Source: Lama guanicoe (lineage: Eukaryota). Taken from it: 64,000 nucleotides of DNA. The notes beneath the pieces were generated by a model. The model was not told the origin of the DNA. It did not search any database and saw only the letters and a program-made list of their open reading frames with translations. The translations under genes and the position numbers were made by a program. The stretch is from the NCBI GenBank assembly GCA_013239625.1, contig MU053376.1:830833-894832 (forward strand), in the 5' to 3' direction. Shown in pieces: positions 1 to 11,898 of the stretch (within the stretch, counting starts at the first letter, position 1; the number at the start of each line of letters is the position of its first letter).

Positions 1-302
1 CTTCCTTGCATCTCAGAGCAGCACCTGCCTTTCCAGCAGGTCCTCCCATTTGATTCTTCTTGTGCCCTGTGGCGCTAAACAGAAAAATTCAACACCCTTT
101 TCCAACTTTCCAAGATAGTCGTCATCACCCATTCTTCTGCAGCCTTGATCTCCCCTCTCGCAGGATATGATGGTGTCCTTATTCCTCCACGGGATGCTCC
201 ACAGTTAGGTGACATTCCCCTTGAAGAGCCCTGACCACTCCATCTCCCCTCCCCAGCCCCCGCTGGGTGGTGTACCTCTCCACCCCTAGTGATAACCTGC
301 AT

Positions 303-510
303 GCGATTTGTTTATTCATTCATCCATTCATGGACGTTTGGGCTGGTGGTGTCATCTCTTGGCTATTGTGAATGATGCTGCTGTGAACATGTGTGTATGT
401 GTGCTTGTTTGAGTCCCTGTTTTTAATTCTTTGGGGCATATACCTTAGAACAGAAATACGAGGTCATATGGTAATTCTGTGCTTCATTTTTTGAGGTACT
501 AGCAAACTAT
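303..510 (-). mobile_element. Old LINE-1 fragment (antisense)
   Basis: ggctattgtgaatgatgctgctgtgaacat...ggtcatatggtaattctgtg...ttttgagg is typical antisense L1 3' sequence. Confidence 0.7.
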
Positions 511-569
511 ACATTTCTTTTTGTTAATAGCAATTTTATTTGGGAACTGTCGTACATATTGAAAGACAG

Positions 570-750
570 GGGAAATGGGTGGAAAAACCCTGGGCTAGGA
601 GTCAGGAGACCTGGGTTCTGTTCCTAGCTTTGCCACTAACCAGGTCGGTGACTTTGATCATATCACTTCTCTTTTCTGGGCTCTTGTTTCCTCATCGGAG
701 AAGTAAGGGAATTGCAGGAAGCTAAATAATCTTTGAATTATCCTCCTCTT
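570..750 (+). mobile_element. MIR-type SINE
   Basis: ggagtcaggagacctgggttct...tttgccactaac...tttcctcatc resembles the MIR core. Confidence 0.7.
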
Positions 751-1447
751 TTAAGATTTTATTGGAAAAATTGGATTCCAGAAGACGGAGAGAGAATTGT
801 CAAACAGCTAAATGTGATTATTTCTCTGTTCTTTTCCTGCTGTTTTTAAATTTAAAGATACTCCAAGTAAGTAGGCTTTCGTTTTGCCAATGTGTTTCTA
901 GTTAATGAATAGCTTCTGGCTTCCTGTTTCCATCAAGATTCCCAGAAGAAGATTTCCTCTTTCCCACCCCTTGGCAGCTCCTGAACAAAACATGGCGGCC
1001 ATGGAGCCAAGACTGAAGCCATCCCACTGTCCCCCTGGAAGGATACCGAGCCTCCCCCTGGTGCTGGTTCCCTTGGTGCTAAGGTTTCAGTCGGCTAGCC
1101 TGAGTCTGGTGTTTGGAGATGTAGTAGCCGTGGAGAGGCATTAGCGGACTCTTTTTGAGACAGTGTAAGGATCATCATAGAGTGTTAGGGGGAAGAACCA
1201 AAGACTCCTGTGAAGCCTTCCAGCCAGATGGCTCCCCCTGGAGACATTTTCTCCTTTCTGAGCTCTCTTACAGCTGGATGACCCCCTGGCCAGGGTGCCT
1301 GTATATGGAGGGAAGTTTTTTCTCCCCTGAGTGGGAGCCTTCACGGTATTCTGCTGCCCAGGTCCAAAGCATGTGCTCTCCTGCGCCGCCTGGTGGTTTT
1401 GTGGGGAAACATGAGGCTTAGAGCATGTGATCCAAGTGGTTAAGTTC

Positions 1448-1960
1448 AGTCATTCATTTGCTCATTTTTCACCCATCAGTCACATAGTTTTGAGTGCCTG
1501 CTGTTTTAGGCACTGTGTTAGAGTCTAGGAATAAACAAGGGAAAAGTCACCTTCCCTTACAGTACCTCCCCTTTTATAGGGGGTACAGATGAGTGGCTTT
1601 TGGAGTGAATACAAAGTGACAAATGCTATAATGGGGGGACGTGAATGATGTTCAGGAGCACAGATAAGGAGGTATATAAGTCACACTTGGCATACCCTAA
1701 TGAGAGAGGGCAGATTCAAAGAGTGTTCTAGACAGAAGTTAATCTGTGCAGAAGTCAGTCAGCACAGTAGAGCATTATGCACTGAGACCTGGTAGAAGAC
1801 CTGTGTTGGCAGGAACACAGAATGGGAGGAGGAGGGTGATAATAAGTGACCTTGCAGATGGGACTGTATCACACAGGGCATGAACTTTGGCTTCAACTTT
1901 TGGGCAGCAGTGAGCAAGTGTGTTTGACTAGGAGAGTGGCGTATTTATATGAGCATTTGA
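1448..1960. mobile_element. Degenerate L2 fragment
   Basis: cattcatttgctcatt...tgagtgcctgctg...aggcactgtgttag resembles the L2 3' end. Confidence 0.5.
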
Positions 1961-1961
1961 G

Positions 1962-3300
1962 AAATTAATTTATATGGAATCACATAGACCCAGAATTGCC
2001 AAAGCAATACTAAAGAGAAGGAACGAAACTGGAGGAACAACCCTCCCAGACTTCAGACAGTACTACAGAGCTGCAGTAGTCAAAAAAGCATGGTATTGGC
2101 ACAAAAACAGACATACGGATCAATGGAACAGAATAGAGAGTCCAGAAACAAACCCACACGTCTACAGTCAATTAATCTTTGACAAAGGAGGCAAGAACAT
2201 ACAATGAAGAAAAAGGCCTCTACAGCAAGTGGTATTGGAAAAACAACAGCAGCATGTAAATCAGTGAAGTTAGAACACTCCCTCACACCATATACAAAAA
2301 TAAACTCAAAATGGCTTAAAGACTTAAACATAGACAGACACTATAAGACTCCTGGAAGAAAACATAGGCCAAACATCCTCTGACATAAATCTCAACAGTA
2401 TTCTCCTAGGGCAGTCTACCCAGGCAATAGAAATAAAAGCAAGAATAAGCAAATGGGACCTAATTAAACTTATAGGCTTTTGCACACCAAAGGAAACTAA
2501 ACAAAACAAAAAGACAACCTACGGAATGGGAGAAAGTATTTGCAAGCAATGCAACTGACAAGGGCTTAATTTCCAGAATATACAAACAGTTCATATAACT
2601 CAATAACAAAAAAAAACCCCAATCAAAAAATGGACAGAAGACCTAAATAAACATCTCTCCAGTGAAGACATACAAATGGCCAATAGGCATGTGAAAACAT
2701 GTTCAACACCGCTAATTATTAGAGAAATGCAAATCAAAACTACAATGAGCTATCAACTCACACCAGTTAGAATGACCACTGTTAAAAAGTCCATAAACAT
2801 AAATGCTAGAGAGGGTGTGGAGAAAAGGGGACCCTCCTACACTGTTGGTGGGAGTGTAGACTGGTACAGCCACTATAAGGACAGTATGGAGGTTCTTTAA
2901 AAAACTGAAAATAGACTTACCATGTGATCCAGCAATCCCACTCCTGGGCAGATATCTGGAGAAAAATAAAATTCAAAAAGACACATGCACCCCAGTATTC
3001 ATAGCAGCACTGTTTACGATAGCCAAGACATGGAAACAACCCAAATGTCCATCAACAAATGACTGGATAAAGAAGATATGGTATAAAAAAAAAATATATA
3101 TATATATATATATAATGGAACACTACTTGACCATAAAAAAGAATAAAATAATGCCATTTGCAGCAATATGGGTAGAACTGAAGGTTGTTATACTAAGTGA
3201 AGTAGGCCAGAGAAAGAAAAATGCCATATGATACCATTTATATGAGGAATCTAAAAAATAATAACAATAATAATAAGGACACAAATGAACTAATTATTTA
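1962..3300 (+). mobile_element. 5'-truncated LINE-1 (ORF2 C-terminal remnant and 3' region), disrupted
   Basis: ORF fragments PRIAKAILK...LPDFRQYY...[20 protein letters not shown] and REMQIKTTM...LTPVRM are L1 ORF2 motifs, broken by stops and frameshifts. Confidence 0.93.
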
Positions 3301-3568
3301 TAACTAAGATGATTGATTTCTTGAATACATGTAAGCACATCTGACTGTCCTTTATGATTGGATTACCACTTTCTGTTGATTCCTATTTTGTGGTTGGCTT
3401 TATTCCTTTGATAACTATGTAAGTTTAAAAAGCTAAAGCTCTAATCTGTTGTTAGAGACAGTAATCAGTACATATATGTAAACTAAAAAAAATGTGCAGT
3501 ATACTGTATATATGTCTTTACATGCAATATAACATGTATGTGCATGTTATATTGCAGTTCAAATATGT

Positions 3569-3662
3569 GTAATATTCTACCTAATAAAATAATAATTGTA
3601 ATAATTCTATGTAATAGTAATTCTACCTAATAAAACTGTAATAATTCTGCCTAATAAAACTG
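3569..3662. repeat. AT-rich degenerate tandem repeat (about 24-nt unit taataattctacctaataaaactg)
   Basis: Three to four imperfect copies of attct(a/g)cctaataaaa. Confidence 0.65.
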
Positions 3663-3678
3663 AAAAAGAAAAAAAAAG

Positions 3679-4105
3679 TCCATCAACAGATGATTGGATA
3701 AAGCAGTTGTGGTGTATATATACACAGTAGAATACTCGCAGCCATAAAAAAGAATAAAACAATTCCATTTGCAACAACATGGATGGACCTAGAGACTGGC
3801 ATACTAAATGAAGTAAGCCAGATAGAGAATGAGAGATGCCACATGATATCACTTATATGTGGAATTTTTTTAAAATGACACAAATTAACTTACTTACAAA
3901 ACAGAAACAGACTGACGGACATAGAGAACAAGCTTATGGTTACTGGTGGGGGAGGGGGATGGAGGGATAAATTGGGAATTTGAGATTTGTAGATACTAAC
4001 TACTGTATATAAAATAGGTAAATAAGATCCTACTGTATAGCACACGGAACTATATTCAATACTTTGTAATAGTTTATAATGAAAAAGAATATGAAAAGGA
4101 ATGTG

Positions 4106-4136
<31 letters not shown>

Positions 4137-4210
4137 AACTGAACCACTAAGCTATACACCAGAAACTAACACAACATTGTAAACCGACTATACTTCAATT
4201 TAAAGAAAAA
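3679..4210 (+). mobile_element. LINE-1 3' end (artiodactyl type)
   Basis: gtccatcaacagatgattggataaag...tacaccagaaactaacacaacattgtaaaccgactatacttcaatt followed by an A-rich tail; contains (TA)n. Confidence 0.9.
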
Positions 4211-4494
4211 GTCTTTTGGACAACCAAGTTTTCACTCATGAAACGTCTGACCCCCAGTGCTGCCACCTTCACCCTGCCCCTCTCTCAGGATCAAAGGACA
4301 TCACTGTGATCTTGTCTGTGTGCCTGTACCCAGAACACACTCGGCCTCAGACCCGCTCAGCACATGTGGTTCAGAGAGGCTGGGAGATCGGTGCATCCCT
4401 CACTGGCTCCGTGTGTGGCGTCTTCCAGCACTGGCCTGGGGGCCAGTGTTTGTGTTCACGACTGTTCTGTGCAGAGTTTCCCTTTCTTCTAGAA

Positions 4495-4705
4495 TAGTGG
4501 TTCTCAGCTGGGGGTGGTTTTTGCCCTCCAGGGGACCATTGACAATGTCTAGAGACATTTTTGACTTGGGGGCAGGAGTGGGCTCTGCTGGAATCCAGTG
4601 AGTAGAGGCCAGATGCTGCTCGACACCCTGCAAAGCCCAGGACAGTTCCCCACACAAAGAATTGTTCGGTCCCAAAAGTCAGCAGTGCAAGGTGAAGAAA
4701 CCCCG
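4495..4705 (+). mobile_element. MER20-like hAT DNA transposon
   Basis: tagtggttctcagctgggg...acaatgtctagagacatttttg...gtagaggccagatgctgct...ggtgaagaaacccc matches the MER20 layout with terminal inverted repeats. Confidence 0.8.
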
Positions 4706-4819
4706 TGTTAGAGCATCGGTCTGTGACCAGGGGGACCCTTGGGTCCTCAAGGCCCTGCAGAATGGCTAGAGCAAACCCTGAGTTCAAGAAAAACTCACTT
4801 GTCATATTTCTTTCCGCAG

Positions 4820-4909
4820 CTGAGCTCTGTCCGGGAGGCCCAGTTACAGCGGCTGGAGGCGGCAGGACCACGTGGGCCGGGGCGCAGGGAGCAGGGCCCA
4901 GGGCTGAGG
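4820..4909 (+). other. NFASC: 5'UTR portion of first coding exon
   Basis: Acceptor tttctttccgcag ends 4819; 90 nt with no ATG precede gaggATGG (A at -3, G at +4). Confidence 0.85.
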
Positions 4910-5000
4910 ATGGCCGGGCAGCAGCCGCCGCCCTGGGTCCACGCAGCCTTCCTCTTCTGCCTGCTCAGCCTCAGCGGGGCCATCGAGATTCCTATGGATC
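4910..5000 (+). CDS. NFASC: Coding exon 1: signal peptide
   Basis: MAGQQPPPWVHAAFLFCLLSLSGAIEIPMD, 91 nt, donor C|gtgagt. Confidence 0.96.
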
Positions 5001-7391
5001 GTGAGTCTGGCTCTGTCCTCTTTTTTCCTCCTGATCTGGGGCAGAGGAGTTGGAAGGGAGGAGAGGTCAGGGGAGAGTGAAGACCGTTCGAAGAAGGCTG
5101 GGGTCAAAGGAAGCAGTGGCTTCTGGATTCAGAGCTGGGTTTCTCTCCAGAGAATCAATGCAGGCGGCCTCATATTTGGAACCTGAGACCGTAAGTCGCA
5201 GGGCCACCTCTCAGGGCTGTGACTGAGCTGAAGGCTGCCTGCAGCCGGCTGAGCGGGACTGAAGGCGGCAGAGTTTGGAAGCCTGTTTGCCGCTCAGGAG
5301 TTCTCCCCTCCACACCCCTCCACAGTACCCGCCAAGGTCTTGACTTACCTATCGAAGTGGAGTTTCCAGGGGCTGAATGTGGTGGACAGTTCTTATTTGC
5401 CTTTCTGATATACTCAGGTCTTCTTGACCGAAGTCATGAGGAGGACAGATGGCCTGGGGAGGGTCTGGAAGGAGATTATTTTGCGAAAGGCTGTGGCTAA
5501 ATGAGATGTTAGCATAGCGCCCCATTACAATGCCCCTGTGGGAGAATCAGGCGTTGATTTCTTCTGTTTGCTTTCAACTTTCCCATGGTAGAGTTGAAAA
5601 GTAAAATCCGTGTCATCTGTTTCCCATTGTGGGGGCCTTATTTGGCCATCAGAACCATAAGGTAAGGGGCTTAGAATGCTGGCCTAACAGCTGTGCCTCC
5701 ACCGGCCGTATCTGCTGTTGCCTTCGTACACGGCCCATCGCTTGGCAGCCGTGCTCCTTGGCCCTGCATTTAGATGTGCACCACCTCGGCCACAAGTGTG
5801 ACACTTCTGCCAGGATGCCTTGGCATCCCAGTGCTATGACGTGGACACAGCACCTCTGTCCCCTGTCCCCTGTTTCCAGGAATAGATAGGACCCACATGG
5901 CACCAACATTGACTTGGGCTCTCTCCAGGTGACAGGTGTCCTGGGAGGGGTGGGAGAGTGATACAGCCTCCGAGAGGTCCCCACTGAGCTCTCCAAGGCC
6001 AGACCCTGGGGCCTGGAATCAGCACAGCTTGCAGAAGAGTTACAGCTGTCTCAGCACCGCCCTGCACACCCCACTTCAGTGACAGTAGCTGCCCTGTGGA
6101 GTGGGCACTTCCGGATGAGAGAAGGCCAGGAGAAACTAGAAGTTGTACCCAGAAGCAAGATGGACAAGGGTCCTGTTGCCCTCCGATGGCCCCAAGTGTG
6201 TATATGTGTATGTGTGTGCGCGTGCACGCACTTAGTGAGGGAGCGGGAGGGGCGTTTGAAGGGGACTGTTACCATGGAGACCATCTGCACCGCTGGCTCA
6301 AGGATAGTTTCTCATTAACAGTCCCAAGCAGACAGTCTAATAAGGAGCATGATGAGGTCACGTCCCTGGAGAGGAGAGAGGGTGCAGAGGAAACTGGGTT
6401 ATGGAGGAAGTGATGAAGGCTCATTCCTCTTCGGCCGCTTCCCCTCTCTCACTCACCTGCCGCTTTGGTCTCCAGGGCTGATGGGTGAGGTGTTCCTGCA
6501 AGGTGAATGAACCTGTAAACAGATGGCTCTGGAGTCTGTGTCCGGAGTCTGTGTTTGGAATCTAGAGTTTTGAAGCTCTGGGTGGGACACCTGCCATCTC
6601 TCCAGAGCACCACCCGTGGGGCAGAGAGCTGCAGGGACCCTGACCTGCCACCTCAGTGCCCTGAGGAGGGCCTGGAGGACCCCTTCTCCTGTGTGTTCAC
6701 AGAAACACCCTGCTCACTCAGGCTCACACAGCGAATGAGTGATGGACTCAGGAAAAGAACTCCCCCCATCTGGCACAGAATGAGCCGCGCCCCTCCCTCT
6801 GATAACCCTGCCTCCTTCCAGCTCTTGGAATTCGCTGGAATAGCAGCTGCCATGTGCTTGATGGAGAGTTAAGTGCTTTCCAGGCATCTCCCGTGATTCT
6901 CGCAGCTAATCCACGAAGTCGGTATTATCTTTAGCTGACAGGTTAGAAATCCAAGGTGCAGAGAAGTAAAGCTGTGTTCTCCGGTTCCTAAGTGGCAGGG
7001 CCGGGATGTGACCACAGCGGCTCTCTGAGTGAAGAGGGGGTCCTTCCACGCCATTCTCGGTGCCCTGGGTGTCATGGCAGGAGACTCCTGCTGCCGCCCG
7101 GAGCTTCCTACATAGCATGCATGCCTCCCTGGCCGTTGCGAGCACAGTGGCCATGGTGACGACTCTAGAATGAGTCTTCAAAAGCTGAACGCAAAGCAGG
7201 AGCAAGGCAGGCCCTTCAGAGAGCAGCCAGTTGCCCTGGGGAGAGGCCCTCTTCAGCCAGGAGCCTCCCTCCCAGCGGGCCCGCACGACAGACACCTCCC
7301 AGATGATCTGAACCCATCCTTCTGTCTCACCCTGGGCTGAGGCCCACGGAAGGGGCCGGGGAAAGATCAGGCTTTCTCCCCTCCAGCCCCG

Positions 7392-7860
7392 GTTTTACTA
7401 AGATATTACTGACCCATCACACGAGTCAGTTTACAGTGCACAACTCAGTGATCTGCTACACACACGCAGTACGAAGTGATCACCACACCAGGCTTAGCCA
7501 ACACACGCATCTCCTCCCCTAATTACCTTTTTGTGTGTGTGGTGATAACTTTTAAGATCTCTCTTATCTACTTTCAGGTGTATAATACAGTACAGGTAAT
7601 TATAGCCACCACTCTCTACATTAGATCCCCAGAACTTACCCATCTTACAGCTGAAAGTTTGCACCCTGTAACCAACCTCTCCCCAGGTCCCCCACCCCCA
7701 GCCCCTGGCAGCCACCATCCCACTCTCGATTTCTTTGTTTGACTTTTATAGGCTCTACCTATAAATGGGAACCTACAGTATTTGTGTCTGTCTGACTTAC
7801 TTCACTTAGCGTAATGACCTTGACCTGTGTTGTTGTGTTGTTGCAAAAGGCAGGAGAGGT
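7392..7860 (-). mobile_element. Old LINE-1 3' end (L1MA9/L1MB-like, antisense)
   Basis: tacattagatccccagaactta...ctgaaagtttgcaccct...ctgacttacttcacttagc. Confidence 0.8.
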
Positions 7861-8423
7861 GTCTTTACCCTCTGTGTTCATGCAGCGTTTTATTCACGAT
7901 AGTAAGACGTGGGAGCAGCTGAAGGTCAGGCACCCTCAACTTTGTCTGTGTGTTTGCTGGGAGGGACTGAGGGGCTCGGCCCGAGGCTGCCCAGCCGGCT
8001 GTGCCCTCTGCTCGCTTCCCTTTTGGGGGGCATCCTCTGTGCCTTGAGGACCAGGGTGCTGCTTCCGCCCTGGGAAGCTTGGGCACAGCAGGCTTCCTGG
8101 AACAGACCCCTGGGCCGCGGCACAATCCCTCATTGAGCACTCGGCCTCCCCTTCCCGCCGCTCTGCCAGCAAAGTCACATGCACCGCCACCCTCACCACC
8201 CTGAGGAGAACAGCCTGACCTTTGGAAAAAGCAAAGGGTCGCCCCGTCAACCAGAGATTTTGCCAAATAAGTGAGTCTGCTGGCAGCTTGCCCCTCCGCC
8301 TCCCTCCCCGCCTCAAGGAACTCGGCATGTTTCTCCTAGGAGCCCGCAGAGGAGGGCAGTGGGCTAGGAGAAATGTGTTCCCCTCACTGTCTTCCCATAT
8401 AGTGCTGGAGGGCAGCCTCAACA

Positions 8424-8438
8424 GCGCGCGCGCGCGCA

Positions 8439-8470
<32 letters not shown>
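8424..8470. repeat. (GC)7 followed by (CA)15 compound microsatellite
   Basis: Read directly from sequence. Confidence 0.95.
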
Positions 8471-8473
<3 letters not shown>

Positions 8474-10099
8474 GAACACTCCAGCCTCCCAGGGATGGGT
8501 GCCAGGGGCCGCAGAGAGCAGAGCCAGGGAAAGCAACGAGGTGTGCGAGGAAAGAAACCTTGCAGACTGGGCAGGAAGCTCCCTCACCCCCTGCAGGGCC
8601 CCTCGGAAGACTGTTCCTCCCCCTTGGAAGCCAGAAAAAGCAGATTCATTCTCTACTTGACATTGTCATCCGCAATTTCCGTAGGAGAGAAGGGCAGGTG
8701 GGGTGACATGGGGGGCGGGGGAGCTCACAGGACTAGCTGGGTCGCCCTGTCCCTAGGCAGGCTGTCCCCGCTGTCTTCTCCCTTGGCAGCGGGTCTTCTG
8801 GGCTGACTGTGTCCCTGTAATAAATCCCTCGGTAGCACAATGGTGGTTGCAGACATCAGGACCTCTATGGACAAGGAGTTTCTCAAGAGGCCCCAAGCCT
8901 GGTTTCAGAGTGGGACTGTGGACAGCATCCTGAGAGTCTCCGCTCCCCCAAGCTCTGTCTGGAGTGTCAAGGAGAGCAGAGGCCAAGGCCCCACCTGGCC
9001 AGCTCGCCTCTCTGGTCAGGGATGGGTTTGTGAAAAGAGCTCACGACCGGGAGCAGGAGAGCAGATGCTCATGCCAGTTCTGCCACAGACTCCCTATGGG
9101 GCCTTAGCTGAGTGGCCTCCCTTCCAAGAATCTGAGATTCCCTGGGCAACGTCTAGGCCTCTTTCTATTGAACCAGCCTTTGACTGTATGAAAGAGAGGC
9201 TTGAAGCCCATGTGGGCAAAGCGGAGCCTTTGTGAGGCTCCCCATCAGGGCGAGGCCAGAGCCCTCAAATGGATATGAGGACCCAAGAGACGCCAACTGT
9301 GAGATGAAGAAACCAGGGGCCTAGCTGGTGGCAAGAGGAGTGGGTCGGTGGCAGCCCTGCCGCCCCTGACAGTGGCCCCTTCTACCCACCTCCCTCTCTG
9401 TGCCCAACCCCACCATCTTTCCAGAATTACCTTCCTTGGGCCCTGGCAGGAAAGTCACGGACGGGGATGGATGCTGAAGTAGGTTACAGATGTGCTCAGA
9501 AACCAAAGATTTCTGCTGTTCCCCTGGCCTTTTCTTTCCTTTTTGTTTCCTGCCCCAGACAAATGATAAAGCAGATAAAATTTCTCTTCAGTGCCCCAGT
9601 AGACCCCACGACCCTGGCCCACTTGAAAGAATTACTCTGAACCTTTTCACAGGCCTGACTTTCCAGACTCACACTTACTGACAGCACGTAGAGCAGGGCA
9701 CTCATCCCTGCCGCCCCCCCGCCTCCCCTCCTGTCTTCTCTCTCCTGTGACTCTTCTCGCATCTCTAGGCCCTGTCTTCAGTCTGCCTTCTCCAGGCTCG
9801 CCCCTCTCTGAGCCCCTAAACTCCTCTTGTTCGTCTCACTGTGGCCTGGTCAGAAAGCTGAGAGGTCACCATGGCTTCTAAGAAGCACTCACTCTGAAAA
9901 GGTCAGCCCACCACACCAGCGCAGCATCCCCACCAGCGTGAAATCAGAGTGGCACGTAGTAACATAATCGCGTCATGTGTCTGATCATATCATCGTAAGG
10001 AAAAGACAGCACAAAAAGTGACAGCCACACCTGTTCTCTTTTCTACAGACAAGTTTTAACCAAGCCCTTCTCCCTACAAAGAATATACTCTCTAAAATC

Positions 10100-10228
10100 T
10101 CGCTATTCAAGGTGTGGTCCACAGACCACCAGCACCAGATGTGCAGTCTCAGACCCCACCCAGACCTGCTGAGCCAGAGCCTGCCTTTTAACCAGATCCC
10201 CGGTGCTTGTCGAAGTGTGAGAAGCCCG
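10100..10228. mobile_element. MER5-like DNA transposon fragment
   Basis: gtgtggtccacagaccaccagca...agaccccacccagacctgctga...ttttaaccagatcccc. Confidence 0.6.
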
Positions 10229-11012
10229 AGCCCCAAACATGCACACACCTGTGCACCGTCACATGCACGTCTCAGGCAAGGGCTGGGGACAACCTGTGCC
10301 GCCTGCCTCTGGTCCCCGCTTTGTAAAAAGCATAGAAAGGAGCCATGGGCTCTGCTCCCTCCCCAGAGTTGTCCAGAAGCAGGGTTGTACTTCTGCCGTG
10401 AGCAGGCAACGGTAATTCATCTGTCCCTCGAGTTTTCCAAAGGATGGCAAAGGAGTAGGCGGCGAGGAGAGGAGAGAAGATGCTTTCAGGTGTGAAAGAG
10501 AAGAAGGTGCAAAGGGAGGAGTGAGGTCTGGGGACCTAGCTGGGTCCTCAGGCTCTGCCCCGAGCGGTGGCTTGGATCCACTCCTTCCCTAGTCCCCCAG
10601 CCACACTCTTGCACCCCCGGCCGAGGAGTCTGCTTTCTCGAGGGCATCTGGAGATGATGGGTGGCCCCTTCAGAGCCCAGCCTCTTGTGAGCAGCATTGC
10701 CACTTCCGATACGCGGACTGCCCGGAGACCTCTTCGTTTGATCAGAAGCTGGTCTTTCTGCTCAGCTGCGCAGTCTGGTCTCGTGGGGGAGGCATCACCT
10801 TCTCCATGAAGCACTCACTGGGTCTGTCCGCACCCCGTCTTGGCTGTTCCCCTGAGCTCTGCAGCTGGAAGGAGAGAGCCATGCACCGTGCGCTCCCTCC
10901 CCAGGCCCTCCTCGCCCTCTCCCCGCGCGCTGGGCGATCAGTCGTGTCCGATAACCGATAACCATTGTCGTCTTTTCTCCCCCTCACAATGCTAACCCCT
11001 CGGAACTAACAG

Positions 11013-11030
11013 CAAGCATTCAGAATGAGC
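11013..11030 (+). CDS. NFASC: 18-nt alternative microexon (PSIQNE)
   Basis: aactaacag|CAAGCATTCAGAATGAGC|gtaagt; phase 1-1; not in the ORF track. Confidence 0.93.
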
Positions 11031-11451
11031 GTAAGTTCCCGGGCGCCTGTCTGCACTTGTGCCTCTGGGAGGTAGGAGGGCAGCACGGAGGGGCGGGAGA
11101 AGGCCAGGGGAGGAGATCCTGGGGGACTAGTGGCCTCGCCACCCTGCTTGCTGGGGTTTCTTGACACCAGAGCCCTGTGGTGAGGTCCCTGACCACAGGG
11201 GAAGCGGAGAGGCTCACCCAGGGCATCCTATTGCTGGGACAGGCAGAGGAGCAGGTGGGGAAGAAGGACCACTGCTCCCCATCCTCCAATGGCCAGTGCA
11301 GTAGCACCATGGAGAACATTGAAGCTCGGGGCTGCAGACAAGTCCCTGGTGACTAAAGTCCCTTTCTTCTCCAGCCTTACCACAGTTTGGCCAACTGTTG
11401 ACCCTCCAGAGCTCAGAACCATCATGGCCACAAGGTTCTGGAAATCAAGCT

Positions 11452-11560
11452 ACTTATTGTTCGTTTATTCATTCAACAAACATTTATCAAGAACTATTGT
11501 ACTAAGCACTGGAATATAAGAATGGGTAAAACAAAAAAAGCCTGGCCTTCAGTTTCTCAC
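11452..11560. mobile_element. L2 3' end fragment
   Basis: ttattcattcaacaaacatttatcaagaactattgtactaagcactg. Confidence 0.6.
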
Positions 11561-11792
11561 AAAGATACTACAAGATCTTAAAGAGATTCTTCTTATGCTT
11601 GGTGTTTGACACACACCCCCTTTCCTGTAGCCCCTGTTTAGGGAGCTGGGTCTCTGGAATGGGGCCCTGTCCTCCCCCAGCTTGCCTGCTTGTCTGGGTG
11701 GCTCCCAAAGCTCTTAATTTCAGCCGTCCCCCGAGTCAGGGACTGGGGCAGGTCCCTGCAGCCCTGACTGCCCACTGTGTGTGCCTTTGCAG

Positions 11793-11898
11793 TGTCCCAG
11801 CCCCCGACCATCACCAAGCAGTCAGTGAAGGACCACATCGTGGATCCCCGTGATAACATCTTGATTGAGTGTGAGGCCAAGGGGAACCCTGCCCCCAG
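11793..11898 (+). CDS. NFASC: Ig1 first half
   Basis: ctttgcag|...|gtgagt; [35 protein letters not shown], 106 nt. Confidence 0.96.

Noticed and set aside
1974..2900. ORFs resembling retrotransposon protein
   Set aside because: Fragmented L1 ORF2 remnant with stops and frameshifts, not a host gene
11300..11320. Partial REST/RE1-like motif AGCACCATGGAGA (half site also at 28230)
   Set aside because: Both flanks mismatch the RE1 consensus
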